From: Candidatus Staskawiczbacteria bacterium
GTDB taxonomy: Bacteria; Patescibacteriota; Minisyncoccia; Minisyncoccales; Staskawiczbacteraceae
Direction: 5' to 3'
NCBI GenBank assembly: GCA_903928565.1
Contig: CAIYRH010000010.1
Span: 41,614-105,613, forward strand
DNA length: 64,000 bases
Part shown: positions 27,598 through 36,975 of the stretch, piece by piece
How positions within the stretch are numbered: the first letter of the stretch is position 1
Layout of the letters: every line of letters begins with the position of its first letter
Notes under the pieces: generated by a model
What the model saw: the letters and a program-made list of their open reading frames with translations, nothing else
Database searches by the model: none
Told to the model about the DNA's origin: nothing
Program-made: the position numbers and the translations under genes

Positions 27598-29508
27598 ATG
27601 GATTCTAAAATAGGCAATAAAATAATTGACTACGTAAAAGTTTTATTTTTACCACTATTGCTGGTGGTTTTGTTTGTCATTCAAAACGAAGCTTTTAATT
27701 ATTGGCTTAACATTTACTCAAGAACTTATTTTTACAGGTTGCTGTGGGTAACCTTTGGTTTGGGCGTTGTGTTTTATGGGCCGGCTTTGCTTTTTGGCAC
27801 CAATAACAAAAGATACAAATATTGGTATCTTTTCTTAGTTTCTTTTTTAGTTTCGTTACTTTTTATTGCGCAATTTTTATATTACAGATATTCGCAAAGT
27901 TTTTTACAATTTTCGGCAATAAAATATTTGGATCAGGCTGGAAGTGTTGCTGGCACTATTAAAATTTTACTTACGCCAGAACTTCTGCTTTTTATTAGCA
28001 ATTTAATTGTGGTTATTGTTGCGTACTTTATTACCGGAAAAAAGAAAAGCGAATTTAGTTTGCCAAATTGGGAAAAAGTAATAATTATTTTGGCAATGAT
28101 TTGTGTAGTGTTTTTTGGATATAAATATCTTTTATACACAGAAAAAAAAGAGTGGGGAAGCACCAGCAGATTATACACAGACGTTTACGACTTAAAAGCT
28201 CTTGTGGGCAAAATGGGAATTATGAATTTTTTTCTTGAAGACACTTTAAAATATGCCCTAAGAAGTAATTTAGTAAGCGAAGCCGACAAGGATTTCTTAA
28301 AAATATTTGCACAAAATAGGGCTGTCGCGCCGGTCTCAAAAAATTATTTTGGACTTGATAGAAAAAAGAATCTAATAATTATTCAAGTAGAATCTTTGGA
28401 AAATGCTGTAATTAATAAAAAAATTTACGGACAAGAAATTACTCCTAATTTAAATAAGTTAGCTACAGAAGGTTTGTATTTTAATAATTATTACACGCAA
28501 GTTGGGCCGGGCAACACCGCCGACGCAGAATTTGCTACAATGAATTCTTTGTACCCTTTAGCCGACGACGTAGTTTTTATTAACTATGCCAAAAATACTT
28601 ATAAGGCCTTGCCTCAACTTTTGGTAAAAAATGGATACAAAACGTATGCAATGCATGGCGATGTGCCAACATTTTGGAACCGGTCTAACATTTACCCGGG
28701 GTTAGGTTATCAAAAAGCATATGGTTTAGCAGATTACAAAGTGACAAGGCCTGTTGGGCAAGGTCCCTCAGATTTGGGTGACGAAGATTTATTTTCGCAG
28801 TCGGTGCCACGGCTAGAAAGTTTTAAAGAGCCGTTTATGGCAACCTTAATAACCATGAGTTTGCACACGCCTTTTATTTTACCAAACGATTTACAAACCT
28901 TAGATATTCCAGAAAATATGAATTTGCCCTGGATGCAGACAGCCTATTTGCAAAGCGCTCATTACACCGACAAAGCAATTGGAGAATTTATAGACCAATT
29001 AAAAAATGACGGATTGTATAACAATTCAGTAATTTTTATTTGGGGCGACCATGGAAGCTTTACAGATATTTCTTCTGCGTTGGGGCAAAAAAACATTTTA
29101 CCCGAATTAAAGAACAGCCAAGTACCAATGATTATTTTAAATTCTGGCGTAAAAAGCCAAACAATAAACACTCCGGCCAGCCATTTAGACATTTACCCCA
29201 CAATAACAAATTTATTAGGAATTAATCCGCCCAAATCTATTTTGGGGCAAGATTTATTAAATACGAAAAACCCCGTTGAAACTCATTTTGAGCTCGTTTC
29301 GGGTGGCATAGATGTAATTTTATCTTCAAAATTATCTTATCAGGCTGATGAAAGTGGAGTTTTTGCAAACGGTTTATGCACGTCAGTTTTAGACAAAAAA
29401 ACATTGCCAATTACAGATTGCCAAAATATTTACACCGAGCAATCAAATAATTTAAAAGCCTCAAACATTATAGTCCGCGGAAACCTCTTATCCGCCATTT
29501 CAAAATAA
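27598..29508 (+). CDS. LTA synthase (LtaS) family sulfatase-fold protein
   Basis: N-terminal TM block then IQVESLE, ITPNLNKL, TADAEF, FWNR, WGDH. Confidence 0.88.
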   Translation: MDSKIGNKIIDYVKVLFLPLLLVVLFVIQNEAFNYWLNIYSRTYFYRLLWVTFGLGVVFYGPALLFGTNNKRYKYWYLFLVSFLVSLLFIAQFLYYRYSQSFLQFSAIKYLDQAGSVAGTIKILLTPELLLFISNLIVVIVAYFITGKKKSEFSLPNWEKVIIILAMICVVFFGYKYLLYTEKKEWGSTSRLYTDVYDLKALVGKMGIMNFFLEDTLKYALRSNLVSEADKDFLKIFAQNRAVAPVSKNYFGLDRKKNLIIIQVESLENAVINKKIYGQEITPNLNKLATEGLYFNNYYTQVGPGNTADAEFATMNSLYPLADDVVFINYAKNTYKALPQLLVKNGYKTYAMHGDVPTFWNRSNIYPGLGYQKAYGLADYKVTRPVGQGPSDLGDEDLFSQSVPRLESFKEPFMATLITMSLHTPFILPNDLQTLDIPENMNLPWMQTAYLQSAHYTDKAIGEFIDQLKNDGLYNNSVIFIWGDHGSFTDISSALGQKNILPELKNSQVPMIILNSGVKSQTINTPASHLDIYPTITNLLGINPPKSILGQDLLNTKNPVETHFELVSGGIDVILSSKLSYQADESGVFANGLCTSVLDKKTLPITDCQNIYTEQSNNLKASNIIVRGNLLSAISK

Positions 29509-29522
29509 AAAATATCAGCCAC

Positions 29523-29548
29523 AAAAGAGGGCATTGCCCCTCTTTTTT
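29523..29548 (+). terminator. Intrinsic terminator
   Basis: aaaagagggcattgcccctctttttt. Confidence 0.65.
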
Positions 29549-29579
29549 ATTACATAAGAATTTGTTAAGATAACAAAAT

Positions 29580-32480
29580 ATGGCAATTGATTTAAATAAA
29601 TTAAATAAAGAGCAAAAAGAGGCGGTGCTTCATGGCAAAGGCCCGCTTTTAATTGTGGCTGGAGCGGGAACAGGAAAAACAACCGTTATAACCCAACGGA
29701 TTGTTAATTTAATTGAAACAAAACTAGCAAAACCAGAAGAAATTTTAGCGGTTACTTTTACCGAAAAGGCGGCTTTTGAAATGGAAGAAAGGGTAGATAA
29801 ATTATTAGAATACGGCTATGTTGATTTATGGATTTCAACATTTCACGCTTTTTGCGAAAAAGTTTTAAGAGAAAATGCTTTAGATATTGGCTTGCCTCCT
29901 AATTTTAAAATGCTAGACGGAACTTCTGCATGGCTTTTGGCACGCCAAAATTTAGATAAGTTTAATTTAAAATATTATAAATCTTTAGGAAACCCAACAA
30001 AATTTATTCAAGCTTTAATTTCGCATTTTTCTCATTGTAAAGACCAAGAAGTTTATCCAGAAAATTATTTAGAATATGCTAATTCTTTAAAAACGACAGA
30101 AAGCCCCACCGAAGACCAAGAAATAGAAAGAATAAAAGAAGTTGCCGTAGCCTACCAGGCCTATCAACAAATTTTGTTAGAAAACAGTTCTTTAGATTTT
30201 GGCGACTTAATAAATTACTGTCTAAAGCTTTTTAAAGAGCGTCCATTAATTTTAAAAAAATATCGCCAAAAATTTAAATACATTTTAGTTGATGAATTTC
30301 AAGATACAAATTGGGCGCAATATGAATTAATAAAATTATTAGCGGAGCCAAACAATAACTTAACCGTTTGCGCCGACGACGACCAGGCAATTTATAGATG
30401 GCGTGGAGCTTCATTTTCTAACATTATAAAATTTAAAGAAGATTTTCCGAGCGAAGCGAGAACCCCGTCGAATGACGGGGCCACACTCAAACAGGTTTCT
30501 TTGGTACAAAACTATCGCTCTGGGCAGAATATTTTAGACCAGTCATATAATTTTATTAAACAAAACGACCCCGACAGATTAGAATTTAGAATTAAAATAA
30601 ATAAAAAATTAGTTTCTAATATAAAAGATAATGGCACAATAGAACACATTCACTGTAAAACATTAGACCAAGAGGTTGGGCAAGTAATAAAAAAGATTTT
30701 AGAAATTAAAAAAACCGACAAAAGCGTTTTATTTAACGATTTTGCTATTTTGGTGCGTGCAAACGACTCGGCCGCCCCTTTTGTAAGAGCTTTAGAGCGG
30801 GCACAACTGCCGTATCAATTTTTAGCTTCACGTGGGCTTTATTCTAAAACAATAATTTTAGACATTATTTCATATTTTAAACTTTTAGATAATTACCACG
30901 AAGGCATTGCAACATACAGAATTTTAAGTTTGCCATTTTTAGAAATTGATAATACAGACATCTCAACCATAACGCAATATAGCCACAAAAAAACAAAATC
31001 ACTTTTTGAATCTTTACACGAATTGCCGTTAATTACAGGAGTATCTAAGCATGCACAAGAAAAGGTGGCTTTTATTTTAAGTTTAATTGAAAAACATAGT
31101 CAAGACGCCCGTGACAAAGGAGTCTCAGAAATTTTAATTAATTTCTTAGTTGATTTTGGTTATTTAGATTATATTAAAGAAGACCAAGAAAAAATTGATT
31201 TAGTAAACCAATTTTTAAAAAAGACCAAACAATTTGAAGAGAATAATTTAGAGCCTTCGTTGAAAAATTTTATGGAGCAAATGACGCTTGAAATTGAATC
31301 TGGCGAAGAAGGTAAATTGGAATTTGACCCCGACCAAGGCCCCGACATGATTAAAGTAATGACAATTCATGGCGCCAAAGGTTTAGAATTTAAGTACGTG
31401 TTTTTGGTAAATATGGTTGATAGAAGATTTCCAACAGACCAAAGAAAAGACCCCATAGAATTACCCGAAGCCCTTATTAAAGACATAAAACCAACCGGTG
31501 ACATTCATTTGCAAGAAGAAAGGAGGCTTTGTTATGTGGCAATGACCCGTGCCAAGAAGGGGCTTTATTTTACTTCAGCTGAAGATTACGGTGGCCAAAG
31601 AAGAAAAAAATTATCACGGTTTTTAACAGAAATGGCATATAGTCAGGAAGAGATGCCTGCTCACTCCGTGCAACCTACTCGTCTCGCTTTGCGAGACTCG
31701 CCCATCCCTAACCCTTCCGTTCGCAAGCATATCTTGCCTGCCTCATACTTTCCATCGCATTTTTCTTTTTCTCAACTTTCAATTTTTGAAAAATGTCCTT
31801 TGCAATATAAATTTCAATACATTTTAAAAATACCGCAAAAGGGAAAGGCAGTATTTTCATTTGGAAGCACAATACACAATACTTTTTACGAGTTTTTAAA
31901 TTCTACAGGCAAAAAGAAAACGCTTAAAAATTTAGAAGAAATTTATGGAAGAAACTGGATAGACGAATGGTATGAGAATAAAAAACAAAAAGAAGATTAC
32001 AGAAAAAATGGTGAGCGAATTATAAAAAACTTCTACGAAAATTATTCAAAAAAACAGCCACAACTGTTAGAAATTAACGGAACGTTGGCCCTAGAAACGC
32101 CGTTTAATTTAAAAATTGGAGAAGATACAATTTATGGTAGAATAGACAGAATTGATAACAACAATGGGGAAATTGAAATTATTGATTATAAAACTGGCAA
32201 GCCAAAAGACAAATTGACCCCCGAAGAAAAAGAACAGTTGTTGATTTATCAAATGGCTGCTCAAGAAGTTTTGGGCATAAAACCGCAGAAGCTTACGTAC
32301 CACTATTTAGAAGAGGACAAAAAGGTTTCTTTTTTAGGCACAGACTTAGAAATTGAAAACTTAAGAACCAAAATTAAAGAAATAATTAAAAAAATTAAAA
32401 ACAACGATTTTAGCGCAATCCCTGGGTACCATTGCGAGTACTGCGATTTTAAAGATTTGTGCGATTTCGCTCAAAGATAA
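29580..32480 (+). CDS. UvrD/PcrA-type helicase fused to a C-terminal PD-(D/E)XK nuclease with 4 Cys
   Basis: AGAGTGKT, VDEFQD, QNYRS, TIHGAKGLEF, YVAMTRA; CPLQY, GRIDRID, IIDYKTG, CEYCDFKDLC. Confidence 0.92.
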   Translation: MAIDLNKLNKEQKEAVLHGKGPLLIVAGAGTGKTTVITQRIVNLIETKLAKPEEILAVTFTEKAAFEMEERVDKLLEYGYVDLWISTFHAFCEKVLRENALDIGLPPNFKMLDGTSAWLLARQNLDKFNLKYYKSLGNPTKFIQALISHFSHCKDQEVYPENYLEYANSLKTTESPTEDQEIERIKEVAVAYQAYQQILLENSSLDFGDLINYCLKLFKERPLILKKYRQKFKYILVDEFQDTNWAQYELIKLLAEPNNNLTVCADDDQAIYRWRGASFSNIIKFKEDFPSEARTPSNDGATLKQVSLVQNYRSGQNILDQSYNFIKQNDPDRLEFRIKINKKLVSNIKDNGTIEHIHCKTLDQEVGQVIKKILEIKKTDKSVLFNDFAILVRANDSAAPFVRALERAQLPYQFLASRGLYSKTIILDIISYFKLLDNYHEGIATYRILSLPFLEIDNTDISTITQYSHKKTKSLFESLHELPLITGVSKHAQEKVAFILSLIEKHSQDARDKGVSEILINFLVDFGYLDYIKEDQEKIDLVNQFLKKTKQFEENNLEPSLKNFMEQMTLEIESGEEGKLEFDPDQGPDMIKVMTIHGAKGLEFKYVFLVNMVDRRFPTDQRKDPIELPEALIKDIKPTGDIHLQEERRLCYVAMTRAKKGLYFTSAEDYGGQRRKKLSRFLTEMAYSQEEMPAHSVQPTRLALRDSPIPNPSVRKHILPASYFPSHFSFSQLSIFEKCPLQYKFQYILKIPQKGKAVFSFGSTIHNTFYEFLNSTGKKKTLKNLEEIYGRNWIDEWYENKKQKEDYRKNGERIIKNFYENYSKKQPQLLEINGTLALETPFNLKIGEDTIYGRIDRIDNNNGEIEIIDYKTGKPKDKLTPEEKEQLLIYQMAAQEVLGIKPQKLTYHYLEEDKKVSFLGTDLEIENLRTKIKEIIKKIKNNDFSAIPGYHCEYCDFKDLCDFAQR

Positions 32481-32482
32481 AA

Positions 32483-33322
32483 ATGATTAGAGATGATAAC
32501 AATTCAGTGTGGGTGTCTCACTCTTCAATGAACGACTATTTGAAATGCCCAAGACTCTATTTTTTACGTAACATATATAGAAATGAACGTGGGAAAAAAA
32601 TAAGCATAGCTGCCGTGCCTCTTTCTTTAGGAAAAGCAGTGCACGACACATTAGAAGGCTTGGCAGAATATAAGGCAGAAGAAAGATTTTCAAAGCCCTT
32701 AATGGAAACATTTGAAGAACACTGGAAAAAAGTTACAGGAAAATTTGGAGGCTTTAAAACTGAAGACGACGAAGCCGTAGCAAAAGAGCGTGGCAGAAAT
32801 ATGATAAACAGGGTTTGTCAAAACCCAGGGCCCTTGTTGAATAAAACGGTAAAGCTTTACGACAAAGATATGGGAAGCCTTTTAAATTTTTATTTATCGC
32901 CAAAAGACAAAATTGTTTTATGTGGCAGAATTGATTGGCTAGAATATGTGCCCGAAGATGACAGTTTGCGAGTTTTAGATTTTAAAACCGGCAAAAACAG
33001 TGAAAAGAAAGATTCTTTGCAATTGCCCATTTACGCCTTGCTGTTAAGGGCATTGCAAAAAAGAAAAGTTACGGGAGCAAGCTATTGGTATGTTGATAAA
33101 GACGACGCTCCCATGGAAGTTGAATTGCCAGACATAAAGTCTTCGGCAATAAAAATATTACAAATAGCTAAAAGAATAAAACATGCCAGAGCAAGCGAAC
33201 AATTTAGTTGCCCGCGGGGTAGGCAAGGATGTTTTGCTTGTAAGCCCTTTGAGAGCATTTTAAACGGCAAAGCAGAGTTCGTTGGCGTGGGTGAATACGA
33301 TCAAGAAATTTATATGCTATAA
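32483..33322 (+). CDS. PD-(D/E)XK nuclease (RecB/Cas4-like), paralog 1
   Basis: SHSS..CPRLY, GRIDW, DFKTG, QLPIY, CPRGRQGCFAC. Confidence 0.88.
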   Translation: MIRDDNNSVWVSHSSMNDYLKCPRLYFLRNIYRNERGKKISIAAVPLSLGKAVHDTLEGLAEYKAEERFSKPLMETFEEHWKKVTGKFGGFKTEDDEAVAKERGRNMINRVCQNPGPLLNKTVKLYDKDMGSLLNFYLSPKDKIVLCGRIDWLEYVPEDDSLRVLDFKTGKNSEKKDSLQLPIYALLLRALQKRKVTGASYWYVDKDDAPMEVELPDIKSSAIKILQIAKRIKHARASEQFSCPRGRQGCFACKPFESILNGKAEFVGVGEYDQEIYML

Positions 33323-33362
33323 TAAGAATCAATCTTATTAATAACAACGTATTAAATATATT

Positions 33363-34550
33363 ATGAAAATTATAAACGATGAATTTGGTCCTGAATATGT
33401 AATAAACATTTACGACCCTAAACTAAAAATGGAAGGGTTTTTAGTAATTGATAATACCGTGCTTGGGCCGGGTAAAGGCGGAATTAGAATGACCGAAAAC
33501 GTAACCGCAGAAGAAGTTTTCAGATTGGCCCGAACAATGACTTTTAAAAACGCTTTAGCAGATTTGCCTTTTGGTGGAGCAAAAGCTGGAATAGTTTGGC
33601 GCGGTGGAACAGATGAATTAAAAAAGAAATTTATTCAAAGTTTTGCTAAATCTATAAAATTATTAACTCCTAAAAAATATATTGCAGCACCAGATGTTCA
33701 CACCGGCGAGAAGGAAATGCAATGGTTTGTTGAGGCAACGGGTGATTGGCGGTCTGCTACAGGCAAGCCCGCTAATTATTGTATGAAAGCCTTTGGCAAA
33801 AAAGGGGAAAGGTGCGGAATTCCTCATGAATATGGAAGCACTGGTTTTGGAGTTGCAAAAACTGCCCAGGCGGCTGCTGAAATTTTGGGAATAGATATTA
33901 GGGGAGCCAAAGTTGCTATACACGGTTTTGGAAATGTTGGAACTTTTGCCTATAAATTTTTAACAGAAATGGGGGCTAAAGTTGTTGTTTTAGCAGACCA
34001 CGAGGCGGCAATTTATGAAGAAAATGGTTTTGACCATAAATTAATTGCTGAAATAATGAAGGAAAGAAAAACCTTAAAGCATTATTCAAAAGGTCAAAAA
34101 ATTTCTGCTGAAAAATTTTGGGAAATTGAAACAGACATTTTAATTCCAGCTTCAATTACAAATGTAATTAATGACAGTAATAAAAATAAAATAAACACAA
34201 AACTCATTGTTGAGGCGGGCAATATTCCAATGTCTGAAGAAATTGAAGAAGAATTTTTTAAAAAAGGAATTCCCGTTGTGCCAGATTTTATTGCCAATGC
34301 TGGCGGAGTTATTTCTTCTTATGCAGAATACCGCGGCTACAACCCAAAAAGAATGATGGATACAATAGAGAAAAAAATAACCAAAAATGTTAAAATGATA
34401 ATGAAGAAGAGTCTTAAAGAAAAGAAAGATCCACGCATTGTGGGCATAGAAATTGCCGTAAGCAGAATTACAAAAAAATCTGCAAAGGTTCCGCACCAAG
34501 TTAAAATGTTTTCAGATGTAGACGTTAAAGCGGTGGTAGTTAGACAATAA
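33363..34550 (+). CDS. Glu/Leu/Phe/Val dehydrogenase
   Basis: GPGKGGIR, MTFKNA, GGAKAG, APD, GFGNVG, PDFIANAGGV. Confidence 0.92.
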   Translation: MKIINDEFGPEYVINIYDPKLKMEGFLVIDNTVLGPGKGGIRMTENVTAEEVFRLARTMTFKNALADLPFGGAKAGIVWRGGTDELKKKFIQSFAKSIKLLTPKKYIAAPDVHTGEKEMQWFVEATGDWRSATGKPANYCMKAFGKKGERCGIPHEYGSTGFGVAKTAQAAAEILGIDIRGAKVAIHGFGNVGTFAYKFLTEMGAKVVVLADHEAAIYEENGFDHKLIAEIMKERKTLKHYSKGQKISAEKFWEIETDILIPASITNVINDSNKNKINTKLIVEAGNIPMSEEIEEEFFKKGIPVVPDFIANAGGVISSYAEYRGYNPKRMMDTIEKKITKNVKMIMKKSLKEKKDPRIVGIEIAVSRITKKSAKVPHQVKMFSDVDVKAVVVRQ

Positions 34551-34554
34551 AAAT

Positions 34555-34902
34555 ATGGAAGAAATATCATTTGATGATTTTAAAAAATTAGACATTCGTA
34601 TGGGCAAGATAATTTCGGCCGAGAGGGTTGAGGATTCTGATAAATTGTTAAAGCTTGTAGTGGACTTTGGGGAATTAGGTGCCTCTGATTTGCCTGCCCA
34701 CAGGCAGATTATCGCCGGATTAGCGCAATTTTATGCCCCAGAAGCGCTTGTGGGCAAAGAGTGCCCTTTTGCCTACAACCTAGCCCCACGCGTCCTAGCG
34801 GGCCTAGAGTCGCAAGGCATGGTGCTCTGTCCATCAGATGCTGTTGGGCCAGCTTTATTGCACCCCGATAAAGAAGTCCCCCCAGGAAGTAAAATAAAAT
34901 AG
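34555..34902 (+). CDS. tRNA-binding OB-fold protein (MetG C-terminal/Trbp111-like)
   Basis: FDDFKKLDIR, DKLLKLVVD, NLAPR, ESQGM. Confidence 0.88.
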   Translation: MEEISFDDFKKLDIRMGKIISAERVEDSDKLLKLVVDFGELGASDLPAHRQIIAGLAQFYAPEALVGKECPFAYNLAPRVLAGLESQGMVLCPSDAVGPALLHPDKEVPPGSKIK

Positions 34903-34905
34903 TTC

Positions 34906-35745
34906 ATGGCGCAAGATAAATACAAATCAGTTTGGGTTTCACATTCTTCAATTGGTGACTTTTTGAAATGCCCCAGGCTTTATTATTTGCATAATGTTTA
35001 TAAAAACGACCTAGGCAGAAAAATAAACTTAACCAGCCCCGCACTTTCATTAGGAATTGCTGTGCATGAAGTAATTGAAGGGTTAGCAAAATATAAGGTT
35101 GAAGAAAGATTCTTAAAACCGTTAGAAGAAACTTTTGAAGAAGAGTGGAAAAAAGTTACTGGCAAACAAGGTGGTTTTAAAACCGAACAAGAAGAAGCTG
35201 AAGCCAAAGAGCGCGGGAGAAAAATGATTTTAAGAGTTGTAAATAATCCTGGCCCGCTTGCCAATAAAACTGTAAAACTTCCGCCCGCGCACAATAACAT
35301 GCCGCCAAATTTTTTTCTTTCGGAAGAGGAAAATATTATTTTAAATGGGAAAATAGATTGGTTAGAGTATGTTCCAGAAGACGACAGCATTAAAGTTATT
35401 GATTTTAAAACCGGAAAAAATGAAGAAAAGGAAGATTCGCTTCAACTGCCAATTTACGTTTTACTATTAAATAATTTACAGAAAAGAAAAGTTTCTGGAG
35501 CGGCTTATTGGTATTTAGATTCTTCAGACACGCCAATTGCGGTAACCTTGCCAGATGCCCAGAAGGCGCACGCGCAAGTTTTAGAAATTGCTAAAAAAAT
35601 AAAAACTGCCAGAGAAAAACAAGAATTTAATTGCCCCAGGGGCCCTGAAGGATGTTTTGCCTGCAAGCCGTTTGAGAAAATTTTAAAGGGTGAGGCTGAA
35701 TATATTGGCGTGGGCGGGTATGGGCAAGATATGTATATTCTTTAA
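34906..35745 (+). CDS. PD-(D/E)XK nuclease, paralog 2
   Basis: Colinear paralog of 32483-33322. Confidence 0.88.
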   Translation: MAQDKYKSVWVSHSSIGDFLKCPRLYYLHNVYKNDLGRKINLTSPALSLGIAVHEVIEGLAKYKVEERFLKPLEETFEEEWKKVTGKQGGFKTEQEEAEAKERGRKMILRVVNNPGPLANKTVKLPPAHNNMPPNFFLSEEENIILNGKIDWLEYVPEDDSIKVIDFKTGKNEEKEDSLQLPIYVLLLNNLQKRKVSGAAYWYLDSSDTPIAVTLPDAQKAHAQVLEIAKKIKTAREKQEFNCPRGPEGCFACKPFEKILKGEAEYIGVGGYGQDMYIL

Positions 35746-35760
35746 ATAATAATTACAACT

Positions 35761-36225
35761 ATGGCTGGAAATTTTAAAAAAATATTATTATCTTTAACAT
35801 TCGTGGTTGTTTTTGGGTTATACGTAATTTATCAGAAAAATACTAGCGGGGGCGCCAACCCCGTAGTAGACACTTTGCAAACAAATCCAAGTCAAATAAA
35901 TAATAATCAAGATATCGCAATGGCGCCAATGTCAAAAAAAAATAAATTTAAGAACGGCCAATACACAGGAAATTCAGTAGATGCGTTTTATGGTTTGGTG
36001 CAAGTGCAAGCAATTATTGCTGGTGGAAAATTAACAGACATAAAATTTTTAGATTATCCGCAGGTTGATGACGCTTCTTTAAGCAGGAGCAACCATGCTT
36101 TGCCTATTTTAAAATCAGAGGCAATACAAACGCAAAGCGCAAATGTTAATGCCGTTTCTGGAGCCACTGAAACCAGCAGGGCTTTTGGCGAGTCGTTGTC
36201 TTCTGCGCTTTCTCAAGCCATTTAA
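35761..36225 (+). CDS. Membrane-anchored FMN-binding (flavinylated) protein
   Basis: N-terminal TM, YGLVQV, NAVSGATETS. Confidence 0.88.
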   Translation: MAGNFKKILLSLTFVVVFGLYVIYQKNTSGGANPVVDTLQTNPSQINNNQDIAMAPMSKKNKFKNGQYTGNSVDAFYGLVQVQAIIAGGKLTDIKFLDYPQVDDASLSRSNHALPILKSEAIQTQSANVNAVSGATETSRAFGESLSSALSQAI

Positions 36226-36226
36226 T

Positions 36227-36973
36227 ATGAAAGAAACCAGATTTTTAATGGGCATGCCGGTTGTAGTAGAAATTGTTGACGCAAATGCTACACAAGAATC
36301 CATAAATAAAATTTTTGATTATTTCAAATATGTTGATGAAAAATTTAGCCCCTTTAAAGAAACCAGTGAAGTTTCAAAAATAAATAACGGTTTAATAAAA
36401 GAAAAAGATTATAGCCAAGATATGCAAGAAATACTAAAACTTGCAAAGCAGACAAAAGAAGAAGCCGGTGGATATTTTGACATTACTGATAATAACGGGA
36501 AAATTAATCCTTCGGGAATAGTAAAGGGGTGGGCTATATTTAATGCATCAAAATTGGTGCAAGAAATAGGTTTTAAAAATTATTATGTTGAGGCCGGAGG
36601 TGATATACAAGTTAGCGGAAAAAATTCAAATGGAGAGCCTTGGAAAATTGGTATAAAAAACCCATTTAATAATAGCGAGATTGTAAAAATTGTTTTACTT
36701 GATAAAAATCAGGGCATTGCTACTTCGGGTACATACGTAAGGGGGCAACATATATATAACCCAAAAAATAGAACTGAAGAAATGACCCAAATTGTGAGCA
36801 TTTCAGTTATTGGCCCAAATGTTTATGAAGCCGACAGGTTTGCAACTGCAGCCTTTGCAATGCAAAAAGAGGGGATTAATTTTATTGAAAAATTGAGTGG
36901 CTTTGAAGGTTACATGATAAATAAAAATGGAATGGCAACCATGACAAGTAATTTTGAAGCTTACACAAAATAG
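36227..36973 (+). CDS. apbE: FAD:protein FMN transferase
   Basis: MGM, SEVSKIN, SGIVKGWA, EAGGDI, ATSGTY, HIYNP, ADRFATA. Confidence 0.9.
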   Translation: MKETRFLMGMPVVVEIVDANATQESINKIFDYFKYVDEKFSPFKETSEVSKINNGLIKEKDYSQDMQEILKLAKQTKEEAGGYFDITDNNGKINPSGIVKGWAIFNASKLVQEIGFKNYYVEAGGDIQVSGKNSNGEPWKIGIKNPFNNSEIVKIVLLDKNQGIATSGTYVRGQHIYNPKNRTEEMTQIVSISVIGPNVYEADRFATAAFAMQKEGINFIEKLSGFEGYMINKNGMATMTSNFEAYTK

Positions 36974-36975
36974 AA

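Noticed and set aside
32483..35745. cas4 / CRISPR-Cas locus
   Set aside because: No cas1/cas2 and no regularly spaced repeat-spacer array anywhere in the window.
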